From positions 1 through 64,000 of the forward strand of contig JAVKOQ020000068.1 of the NCBI GenBank assembly GCA_031835245.2: a DNA stretch of 64,000 bases, written 5' to 3'. The notes under the pieces were generated by a model. It made no database searches. It saw nothing but the letters and a program-made list of their open reading frames with translations, and had not been told where the DNA came from. Of this stretch, positions 23,604-35,019 are shown in pieces. Source of the DNA: Balamuthia mandrillaris (lineage: Eukaryota). The position numbers and the translations under genes were made by a program. Position 1 is the stretch's first letter; every line of letters starts with the position of its first letter.

Positions 23604-24657
23604 TTACAGCTGATGTTCCAACGCTTCCTTGATCTGCCTGAGTGTAAGGTAAAAGTTCCGTTTCTTCTTCTCGTAGATGCCATTAAACTTATCATCATCA
23701 TCCAGCTTCAGCTTCAGCTGCGCCAACTTGCTCTGTATCTCTCCTTTGAAGGGCTCCAAGGGGCTGCCCTTCTTGATCTCCTTCGTAATGGTGGTGTTGA
23801 AGCCAGAGAGCTCCTCCTGCAGGCTCTGACGAGCCTCCTGTAGCTCCAACATGCCACCGCTCTCCTCATCCAGCTCCGTCATGAGCTTGATGAGGTCCTG
23901 CGCGAGGGAGATGACGTCGCTGCGAACCATGCGCATTCCGGCCAGCTCCTCCACGGTGTGTTCTTTTACTAGCTTGAGCTGCTCGACTTCTCGCTCGAGG
24001 TCGGCCTTGGCTATCTTCTCCTCCTCCAGCTGCTTTCGTAGCTCCTCCAGCTCTTCCTCCTCCTTTTGTCGTCGCTCCTTTCGTTCCTGTGCTTTTTGTG
24101 CGCTGCTCTCTTCCTCTGCGTTGCTGTGACCTGCTTCAGGGGAGGCATCAATGTTGGTGGAGGAAGCGGCCCCTTGTTCGACGCCTTCTCCCTCGCCTCC
24201 CTCACCCTCCCACTCGCCTTCTCCCTCCCACTCTCCCTCTCCTTCCCACTCTCCTCCTTCCCCTTCCCATTCGCCACCACCCTCCTCCTCCTCTTCCTCC
24301 AAGAACTGGACATAGTTGGCGGGAAAGAGGCCTTGTTGGCCGTCCACCTCTCCTTTCCACCAGCCGCCGTCCCTCTCCTCCAAGACGGTGATCATGTCCC
24401 CGTACTTGAACGAAATGTGTCCTTCCTCCTCTGCTGTGTAGTCATAAATCGCTCTAACCACTAATGGGCCCTGTGTTTCAACAGATTGAAAGGAGAGGAG
24501 GGAAGGAGAGAGAGAGGAAGAGAGAGAGAGAGGTTGATGAGAAAAAAACGAGCTTCTAAAAAGAGAAAAGAAGAGCAAAAAAAAAACTACGTACATAGTA
24601 GTCGTCATACTCTTCTTCGCCGCCTTCTTGAGCATAGTCTTCGCCACCTTCAGCCAT
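23604..24657 (-). CDS. SH3 domain plus coiled-coil protein
   Basis: VRAIYDYTAEEEGHISFKYGDMITVLEERDGGWWKGEVDGQQGLFPANYV, then EGEGEW repeats and a long heptad region; one intron after MAEGGEDY...DDYY. Confidence 0.88.
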
Positions 24658-25029
24658 TCTTTTTCTTCAACAAAACAACAACGAACCGCTCTATCTGAGT
24701 CTACCCGTGCAAGCTAAGCCGACGCTACGTTTCTATTTTTCCCTCTTGCAAGCACACACACAATAAAAAAAAAGGCGGCCACTCTCGTCTTCGTCTCTTT
24801 CCTTGTATTACTTTTTTTCTTCCTCGTCTAAATTAACGTCGACGAATTATGAGGAGTCATTCCATTCATATCAGCGTCGACTCCAAATATTTTTCGTAGA
24901 CAATTACGAGGAGTCATTTTCTACTATTATTGTCGACGGGTTGTGTCTGCAAAAATTGCACAAAAAAAAAAGGAAAAGATTTGTTTTCTCTCCGCAAGAA
25001 GAAAAGAAGATCGAAGCAAAAAAAAAAAA

Positions 25030-25885
25030 ATGGAGGACCTCGAAGGCTGGGCTCGCCAACGCGGCGCGTTGAAGTTCTCTCTCCCGCAGGAGCCTGCCTC
25101 CTACCCCGGCAAGGTGCTCTACCACGCCGCCAAGGGCTACGCCGTCGGCTGCGTCCTCGGCGGCGGCCTCTCCTACGTCCTCTGGCAGCCCGGCTTCCCC
25201 CGCCCTTGGTCCCAGATCGCCAGGACGGTCAACAAGACGGGCTTGGCCTTTGCGCTGGCCCAACCCACCTACCGCGTGGCCAACTCCTATTTGAGGGAGG
25301 CCAGAGAGAAGGAGGACGTTTGGAACGAGGCCGCCGCTGGCGGAGCCAGCGGTGCTGTCTTGGCTGCTTTCTGTACGTTTTGATGAACTTTCTATTCCCC
25401 TTTCTTTCGTTCCTTTTCTTTCGTGCTTCTTCTGCTTTTCTTTCTAACAACAACGTCAAAAAAATAATAATAATAATAGCTCGTGCCCTCAACCTCAACA
25501 AGTGGACATATCCCAACGTGGTGCTTCGGGGAACCACCATTGGCGCTCTTTTCTTCACTTGCTCCTATCTCGCGAGGAAGTACGTTTGAGAGAGAAAAAA
25601 AGGGAAACGAAGCGAGATAAGAGAGAGATAGGCTGACAGAGAGAGAGAGCGAGAGAGGGAGAAGGGAGAGGGAGAGAGCGGAACAGCGCAGAGAGCCAGG
25701 AGAGAGAAAAGAGTGGAGAAAAAAGCCAAGTACATTCGCTAACGCGCTTTTTGTACGGAACAACAACAAACAGGACTGAAGACGTGCAGAAACAAGGTAA
25801 AGCTGACGCGCTGATGAACCAAGAGTTTCACGAGTACTACCTCAAGAAGGCCCAACGAACGGCAGAAAGCAAAGGCACTCTGTAA
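25030..25885 (+). CDS. Tim17/Tim22/Tim23 (PRAT) family membrane protein, possibly NDUFA11-like
   Basis: GYAVGCVLGGG and LREAREKEDVWNEAAAGGASGAVL (PRAT-type RxxxDxxNxxxxGxxxG); three exons, stop at 25883-25885. Confidence 0.72.
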
Positions 25886-25992
25886 CTATCCTCCCTTTTC
25901 TCTTCATTTTTGCCACAACAAAACAAAAAAAAGCAACTTTTTTTCTTGAAACAAAACAAAAAACGAGAGAGAGAGAGAGAGGTGTTCATTCT

Positions 25993-26084
25993 TCACTTCC
26001 AGCCAAGAGTACTGTACAAGTTCTCTATCAGATGTTTATCCACGTTCCATCTTTCTTTCTTACCATCCCATTCTCCCTTCTTTA

Positions 26085-26129
<45 letters not shown>

Positions 26130-29100
26130 AAGGAAGAAGTTAACGCAACGAAGAATAACAGGGAGAGAGAGGAGAGATCAAACCTTCCACGATGCATCTA
26201 GAGAAGAAGTTTGAGAGGAGACAAAGGTGTGAAGAGCAGCTTTGCTGTTGAGTGGATGCCATCCCCTTCCATCGCTGCTGTGTTCCTTCTCCAACATTTC
26301 GAGTAACTTGTCCGCCCTGTTTACGTTGTTCATACAGTTACAAAAAAAGAATGCACGAGAGAACGAGAGAGACAGAACAGAAAGAGGATCACGAAGCAAT
26401 ACCTGTTCTCAGCGACAGCGCTGGCTTGTTTGTGGGAGAAGAAGCGTTGGATAAACTCGGTGGTGGCCTCCCCGACTTTCTTGTCGCTGACCATGGCCAG
26501 CAGCACCGTTACCACTTCCTCTTGGTGCTTCGTGTTGGGAGAGAAGAGAATCTCGAGCAAGTAAAACAATCCACCCGCCGCTTTCAGCTTGAAGAGCAAA
26601 GAAGAGGGGGGAAGAAGAGAGTTAAGTGGTGAACGAAAAAAGAAAGAAAAGGTATTGTATAAAAGAAAAAGAAAAAAGAAGCAATACCCTAGCAGCATTG
26701 GCAGAGTCGGCTTCGACGTAGTCTTGCAAGAACAAGAGGATGGTGCTGTGTCTCTTGGGATTCTTGTGGCAGAAGCTGAGCACGATGCGAAGCACTTCAA
26801 CAGGGTCAAGCTCTTTCTCGATGTCCTGCATTTGGTTTGTTCATTCAATAAGAGCGAAGACGAAAAGAGAAGAGCAGAGCAGAGAAGAGAATGAAAGGAA
26901 AACGAACCTTTTTGCGAGCGAGAATGAGGAACGCATCCAACATAAAGTAATACAAACTGCCAATCTCGGTGCTGTCAAAGCGTTCAAGAGCTTGCTGCAG
27001 CTGCTTAATGACGAACGGGACGAGCTCCCTCACACCGGCGTGTTTCTTGTAGGCAGAGCGGGCAGTAAGCAAGCCCACAACAGCTTCCCAGCACATGCTC
27101 AACTTCTCCTCCATGACGGAAGAAAGTTCCGTCGTCGTTGTCGCCCCCTCTTCCTTCTCCTTCTTTTTCTTCTTTTTCTTCTCCTTGTCCTTTTTACCGG
27201 AAGAAGAAGATACAGCAGTGTCGCAGTTTTGCTTGATGAAAGCGACGATGGCTTCAAGGAAGGTATCGGCATTAATGGACTTTACATAGTGAAGAGGATC
27301 GTTGTTGAAGAAACGAATGTAGTATCCTCCAACGGTGAATTCTCTCTCCATCGCCGGTCGTTTGTATCGTTTGGCCAAAGTGGAACTATCCCAAACGTAG
27401 CCTTCTTCCTCTGCTTTCTCCTTTCCTTCTTGAGGTTGGAGCGGTTTCTGTTGTTTGGCTAAAGACTGAATGATGGGATTGATCTCTCGAATGAGAGTGT
27501 TGACCATGTCCTTCCTTGTCTCATTGTTCCAGAACAATTGTGGCGCTTCGTTGTCGCCATCGTAGAGCTCGATGAGCTTGGAGGGCTCTTGCTTGGCGTT
27601 GAGGATGGCCTCCTCAAAGTTGCTCGTGAAGAAGGTGACGAAGAGGGAGGTCATCTTGGGACCCAGTTCCGGGCTGGTGGCTAATGTGCCAATCACTTGT
27701 GCCACTTTCAATCGTGTTTCTGTTTTATAGTGGTAAATGAATGAACGGAAACTAAAGAAGAAGGCAAGAAGAGAAGGAGAGCAGAGAAGGAGCGAAGGAG
27801 AGACAGGAGAAGAGCGGAACAAGAACGGAACCTTTGATGGGGCTTCCACAAAAGATGGCAAGCATTGATACTATCATACCACTTCTGTCGATGCTCTGAG
27901 TGTTTAAAACAAACAGTGTCAGAGAAAAAGAAAGAAAGAGAAAAGATGAAGCAAAGAATAAAAACCTGCACAACAGGAGCTCCACCCTGCACAATAAGGT
28001 CAGCCAACAGGGTGAACACCAGAGCCTGAGCCTCCGGACAGAAGGAACAGCTGTTAATGACCCAATGCAACGTGTTCAGATGCTCCAACACGACCGGAGC
28101 ACAGCTGGCACTACTGGCCATCACTCTCAATACTCTCAACGTGGCCACGAGAGCCTCTCCCTTCTCGGTTTGAGTCAGGCTGGTCGTGTTGTTCTGCATT
28201 TGAAGGAGGGAGAAGAGGGCGATAGTCTGCGAGAGAGAAGCCAGGAGGGAGACCAGAGCTTGACTTTCTCGCTCTCCACTTTGTTGGGCCAACACGTGGT
28301 GTAACGCTTTGGTAAGGTGAGTCACTTCTTTCATGATGTGCGAGAAAGAAGGTCCTTTCGAGGAGACAGAAGAAGAAGATCCATCTTCGCTGTCGCTGTC
28401 ACTATCGCTATCCGTATCATCCGTGCTGTCTTCGCTTTCGCTGCTTTTACTTGTCTTTCTCTTGTTGTTCTTGTTGGGAGCAGAAGCAGCAGCAGCGGAG
28501 TCGTTCAACAATTTCTGGACCAACTGCTCCGCTCTATCTTCCAAAGCATCCAACACTGCGATCACAAAGTCCACAGGATTGGGCACCACAAAGTCGGGTC
28601 GCTGGGCGAAAGGACGAATGTAAAGGTTCTGCACGATGAGCTCTCTCTTGAGATAGTCGTACTCAAACTGAATGTTGCGAGCCAACCAACGAGGATGATT
28701 GTGGCGCAACGTTCGTGGCGTTTCGCCACCGGTGGATGATAGCGAGGGCAGAATCAGCGAACCAGTGGAGGAGGACAAGGAAGAGGCATATATGGAAGAA
28801 ACGGGAGAAGAGGATGAAGAAGGGGATTGAAGCCGATCTGCCTGATCCAGCAGCCATTGATAGAGCTCCGTTCGCATGTCTTTGTTCCAAATGAGGTCTG
28901 GAGACTCGACAGTGGTGTTGATTTGAGCAGCAAACTGCTCCTCTGGCTCGCTGAGGAAAGCGTGGTAGAGAGAGGGAGTCAAGATTTGGGTCAAGAGGCT
29001 TTGCAAAGCCGGATTGGCAGCGAGCGTTTGTGGCTGATGCGATTCGTGTTGTAGAACTCCAAACACGAGACTCTTAAGCGCTTTGACCAGTTCGATCATG

Positions 29101-30839
29101 ACTGTTGCAGTATTGCCGTAATTGCTGTTACGAGAAGAAGAAAGAGATTCCTTTGTGCTGAGACGAGAGGATTGTGGTGTATCGATGGTCTTTGCTTCGT
29201 TCATCTCTACAACGGACCCGTCCTCCTGTTCTTGTTCTTGTTGATAGTCCTCTGTTGGAAGCAACAGCAGGAGCAAGTAAAGGAAGCCGCCGCTTTCGAC
29301 TATGCGTGTTTGCAATGCTCTCGCTCCGGCCATCTTTTTGATGCAATACAGAAGACTGAGCAACAATTCCTCATCCTCTGGGGAAGAAGCAGAGGAGGAA
29401 GAAGTGGGTCGGAAGAGAAGAGAGACGAGGTCTTGAACAAGAGTTGGGTGTTGAGAGATGCCCACGGTACTGTCTTGATGTTCTACCACCATGTTAACAA
29501 CTCTCATCAAGTTGCTCAACAGCTTTTGAGAGCGTTGTGATGGATCCCTTATTAAACAAAAAAAATGGTGTTAAATAATAAAAAAGAGGATAAAGCGGAG
29601 GAAAGAAACCTGAAGCTGGTGACTTTGTGTAAGAGTTCACCAAGGGTGCCAATGATGTTGAGCCGAACGGCTGTTTGCAGGTTGTCGCTGCCACCCTTTG
29701 GCAGAGAGATCAGTTTGTAGATGAGGTCCAACGCCTCTGCGCTCAACAGCTGAGCTGACAAGGAATCCTGATCTATATGGAGGATACCTATTGAGACGGC
29801 CAAACACCACATAAAAGAAAAAAAGGAAGAAGCGTACCTCTAGAAATAAGGGCGTATAGACTTTCGAAGCCTTGGTACTTGGTCACCGTCTCATCCTCCG
29901 GGAAGCGCTGCAAGAACACGCCCTGCGCGCAGAGCACGGTGTGGAAGTAGGATTCGGAGTGGTCGCTCTGAGCGGTCAATTGAAGCAGCTTTTTCATGAA
30001 CTGGACGGGATGAGGGAGAGGACATTCCAAGTCGGAGTTGAAGAAGGTCAGGTAGACGTTGTCCACGATGATCTCCTCCTCCAAGTCCGGATAGAGCACT
30101 TGCCTTGGCTCTGTGTAGATGAAGCGAGCGTTGGGAGAGCGGCCGAGCTGCCGACGGAACTCTTCCAGTTCCTATTATGATATTGGTTATTTTTTATTTC
30201 AAGGTTTAGTGTCTTGGAAAACAACAGAGAGGAAAGAGGTGGGAAGAGAGAAGAGAGAAGAAGAGGAAGAACAAGAGGAAGAACAAGAAGAAGAATAAGA
30301 AAAAAGAGAAGGTACAACATACCGAATTGACATGCTCCGTGAGCAACACAAGGTGCTGCTCTCCCCAAATAACATTACTTCGCATGCACTTACTCTTCAA
30401 CAGGGAGGCAAAGGCCTTTTCATCCTCTCCACGCAACAGACTGATCATCGACTGCGGCAAATAATAAGATAGATAACTGACCTTTTGCCCTCTTTCTCTT
30501 CTGGGGCTTACCGCCAGCAACGAAGACGAAGATGAAGAATAAGAGGAAGGCGGTCTTTCGCTGGGTGACGGCAAACGAGCCAACGAAGGGGGCATCTGGA
30601 AGGCCAACTGGGCATCGTGATAGGTCTTCAAAAAGTGGATGATCTTTGGGGTGCATGCCGTACGGAGAGCAGCCATGATGAAGGAGAAGATGCCGGTGCT
30701 GTAGAGGGTAGGAACGAGGTGAACGTGGTCGTCAAGGATCTTGGAGACAAGCTTGATGGTCAGGTCCACCACCTCGAAACGTTCCAACAATAGAGCCTTT
30801 TAAAATGTTTGATGGGTTAGCAATGAAAGAAAGAAAGGA

Positions 30840-30884
<45 letters not shown>

Positions 30885-32723
30885 GAGGAAGAGAAGGAAA
30901 TGATGATAGTATACCTGAACGATATACTGGAAGCATTCTGGAGAGGCTAAGCGTTTGCTGCCAACGGGAGTGCCAATGGCAACTTCCAACAACAACAGAC
31001 AAAACTTGGCAAGAGAAGGAGGATGTAATGGTTTACCCTCTGTTTTGTTTAAAACAGTTATTAAAGAAGAACACTGCAAGAGAGAGAGAGAGAGAGAGAG
31101 AGAGAGCAGATATACTCACGAAAATCTTTCTCTTGAGAGTGACAAAGGTTAAGGTGGTAAAGGAGTACACGTATGCCTCCGGCGTAGACAAAATTGATAA
31201 TGTTTTGGGACAGAGAAAACAGACTGCGGAGGAAGATGAGGACTTGTTGCCTCCATTCCACGTGGTAATGGTCCTCTTTCAGCAGCCAAACCTATTCATT
31301 TTCCAACAAAAAGAGAACAGACAGAAACAAAAGGACCAGAGCAAAGAAGATCAGAAACAATGAAGAGAGAGGAGGGAGAAGAGGGAAGAGCACGAAGAAT
31401 CAGAGAACGAGCAAAGCGGAGAGAGCAGAAACATAGAGAAAGATATACCAAGTAGGGCATAATAGGAACGACGCTGATGGTTTCTTTGTACCTCTCAAAG
31501 AGGGTGGTCATACATTGAAGAATGAGCAGTTTCTGTCGCGGATCATCCTCCACCACAGCATGATTGTACAGATCCAGCAAATAAGCCAACGGCTCTTCTA
31601 CCTATTGGTTTTGAAAGAACAGAATAAAACGATAAACGATAAAGATACATAAAGGAACGACAACAAAAGGGAGAATAACGTACGCTGCAAGTATCACCTC
31701 GGAGGGCAGGGATGAGGAGGCGAACATAGTACTTGCCGATAAGGAGTTGGTTGGACAACGATGCATATTGTATCTCATAGCTTTGCCAGTCCCACTCAGC
31801 ATCACCCTTTTTCTTCTGTTTTTTGTTGTTGTGTGAACAATCATATGTTGAGAAGAAAGAAAGAAAGAAACGACAAGAAACGACAAGAAACGACAAGAAA
31901 GAAAGGGTTTACCCTTCGCTGGTCGAAACTGTGTCCCTCTTGTTTGAGCTTAGTGACCAACTCACGACGAGTGTCATCATTCCAAACCATGGTTGGGCTG
32001 CAAGCGTTGCCTTCAATGGCGGCCCAGAAGGCAGGCCAGTTATGTTTGCTGTTCTGAGAGGGCTCGGCCAAAGTCATGGTTCGTGTCTTTTTGGCGTCGG
32101 GTGGGTTCGTGATGGCTCTTGACTTCCTGTTCTCGCCTGCCTTCACCAGCTTTGGTTGTGCGCGAGAACTGGTGTGCACACAAACAAGAAGAATGGTTCA
32201 GTAAGTTAAGTTAGGACAAGGAATGTGAATTGTGCTTCTCCTTTCTCTCTTCTCTTCTCATTCTTTCCCAACCTGTTTGTCTTTTGCATCTTTTTGGAGC
32301 TGCCAGCGGGAGCGCCTTCAGTGGCAACAGTCTTTTCCAACGTGGCAAAGATAGAAGGGGGCACAATGCGTTGAATGGTGCTGATGGCATCCTCGTTGTC
32401 ATCGCTGATAAGTCTGATGAGCTCTCTGCTTATGTTAATCTTTATTGTTTATGTTCAAGTCAGGCACCAGCACTTTAAAAACTATAGGAAACAAAAGACG
32501 AAAGAGGCATTACCTGAGAAGCTTGTGCTTTCTCTTCGGAGACGGCAAACAAAAACTAGCAAAGTTGTTTGAGTAACGGTAGACAGAGAAGAGAGCAAGA
32601 GAGCAATAAAAGAGAGCAAGAGAGAAGAGAAGCGAGAGATACTTGGTGAAGAAGTAGGCCCTGAGGCAGCGCTCTCTTTTGCAAGCCAGTCACTCTGTTT
32701 GTTGTAAAATGGGCATGAGGAGG

Positions 32724-32769
<46 letters not shown>

Positions 32770-33979
32770 TACATACAAGTGAGCGTCAGGCAAATCGGTG
32801 AGCAGCTTCTTAACGATAGCGCAAGAGAAGATACGAATGGAAGGAGAGCTCGAGTGGCTGAACGTAAAGAGGATCGTTTCGCAGCGCTGTTGCAGCAGCT
32901 GCAACACTCGGGTGAGACAAAGCGGTTCCGTCGTGGACTGATGCGTCACCATCACCGAATGCAACAACTCCAAAGCCGCCTTGTTTCATGGGTTTTGTTG
33001 GTTTGGTTGAAAACAAAAAAGAAGAAGAACAGAACAAAAAAAGAAAGAGAAACAGTAGGAAACGTACGACGATAACATCTTCGTTGTTGCTGTTTTTATA
33101 CTTGTACAGCAAAGAGGCCACCGCTTCATACCTTTGATGAGTTAGACGCCGTTAATGTCTTGCGAGAAGTCTAGAAGGAGAAGAGGAGACGAGGAGAAGA
33201 GGAGAAGAGGAGAAGAGGAGAAGAGGAGAAGAGGAGAAGAGGAGAAGAGGAGAAGAGGAGAGAGAGAGAGGAGAGAGGAGAGAGGAGAGAGGGAGAGAGG
33301 AGAGGAGAGAGAGAGAGGAGAGAGGAGAGAGGAGAGAGGAGGGAGGAGAGAGGAGGGAGGAGAGAGGAGGGAGGAGAGAAGAGAAGAAGAGGAGAGAAGA
33401 GAGGAGAAGAGAAAACGAGAAGAAGAGGAGAGGAGAGGAGAGGAGGGAGGGGAGAGGAGAGAGGAGAAAGGAGGGTACCCTTCGGATTGAGCAAAGGCCT
33501 CCTTGATGCTGGCCTCCAACTTTTGGGAGGTCTTGTAGTCAACACCAGCGGACTCCACCGGTGACTCCATCATTTGCTTCAGCAACACGAGCACTTGATG
33601 GACCACTCTACAGAGCGAGAAAAGCACAACACATAAGAGGCAAAGTAAGAGAGAGAGAGAGAGAGAGAGAAGAAGCGAAGGGCAAACGGTTTTGATTACC
33701 TGTGGTCTTTGGAAGCCGACACTTGAACAAAAGGCTGAAAGTCAATCTTTGGGAGGAGGGCGTAGAGGCCCTTGGCCATGACCAACCGCTGAAAGACCGA
33801 GAGGAGGGTGACCAGGTCCTCCGGAGAGGAGGAGCCCTGGGTATCCAGCTGTTCCGAGAGGATGGCCAAGCATATGTCCAACACCTTTTTCTCCTTGCAT
33901 TTGATGGGCATGCCTTGCGGGGCTGCCACCAAGAAGTCTTGTGCCACTCTAAGGAGAGAAGAGAGCGAGAGAGAGAGAG

Positions 33980-34014
<35 letters not shown>

Positions 34015-34294
34015 GGGGCAAGAGGGATGAGAAATAGAAAACATAGAGAAGAGAACGACGAAGAAGAGGAAAAAAGAGAGGTGAAGGAGAGGAAGAAGAA
34101 GGCGAAAAAAAAAAAGACAGGAAAACAACAAAAAGCATTACACAACAAAAAAATAAAAAGTATAAACGAAACAACAGGAATTCAAAAACACAAATACTCA
34201 ACTGTTGCCATCCGCTGTGGAGTGTGTTTTTGGCGAGAGCGAAGGCGCGGCCTTTCAGTTTCTTTTTATCGGCCTTGGACCATTCCGCTCCCAT
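25993..34294 (-). CDS. Large ARM-repeat protein related to RME-8/DNAJC13, with no J domain seen
   Basis: NWPAFWAAIEGNACSPTMVWNDDTRREL...WDWQSYEIQYASLSNQLLIGKYYVRLL plus three further IWN-type repeats (NVIWGEQ, PDLIWNKDMRTEL, PQLFWNNETRKDM). The last exon is uncertain. Confidence 0.8.
33175..33475 (+). repeat. Purine-only GAGAA/GAGGA low-complexity tract (pyrimidine on the sense strand) in an intron
   Basis: About 300 nt almost entirely A and G. Confidence 0.9.
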
Positions 34295-34918
34295 TTTTTC
34301 AACCCGTTTTGTTTTATTTGCTTTTGCTTTTTTTTAAAAAAATAAAAACCTGTTTTGCTGAGTGTTTGCTGTTTAAAATACAAAAAAAAGACCCACTTCT
34401 GCAGGTGCTCTCTCGCTTTCTTAGACCGCTAAGCGAACGTTTTATTCTTTTTTGTTCGTTAGGTTTATTTGACCAGCAATTAATCTATTCAGCGCGGTAA
34501 TGCATTTGATTATTTCTCCCCTTTCTCTCCTTTTATTAACCACTCCCCTTTCTCCCTCAGGGGCAGACGAGAGACTTCTTCTTTGTGCTTTTCGCTTTGT
34601 TCTGTTCAGAGCTGCACCGACCCATGCGCAAAAGCCCGCAGAAAAGTGCGGAGGAGGTGAGGACGCCCAAAAGGTAATGACTTTAGGGATAACATGCACC
34701 AAACGAGGTTCACCCAAAGAGTCCACCCCTATGTTTGTTAAAATATGGATGAAATGAAAAAGAAATGGCAAGGGATAAAAGGGCAGCAAAAAAAGTCCCT
34801 ACGCTTCCCTGCTACTTTTAGCGGGGGGAAATCAGTGTCGACTAGGACCTCCGGCAAACCAAACCGTTGCGCGTTTTGTGCGGGGCAATTTTTTCCAAGA
34901 ATTTTTCTGCGTTCTCGC

Positions 34919-34930
34919 TTTCCCGCCAAA
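34919..34930 (+). promoter_or_regulatory. E2F-type site upstream of MCMBP
   Basis: TTTCCCGCCAAA, identical to the ASPM promoter 12-mer, about 90 nt before ATG 35020. Confidence 0.6.
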
Positions 34931-35019
34931 AACCAACCCAAACAAAAAAGCAGGCCAACTGCGCGCACAGCCCAGTGTATGTGTGTGTGTTTTGGGGTGT
35001 AAAAGCAATACGCGTAGCA

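Noticed and set aside
24316..24326. E2F-like TTGGCGGGAAA
   Set aside because: It lies inside the SH3 coding sequence (LFPANY) and is explained by codons.
29780..29790. GTATCCT resembling a U12-type donor (also at 60065)
   Set aside because: Both sit at 3' splice junctions or exon starts and are coding sequence, not donors.
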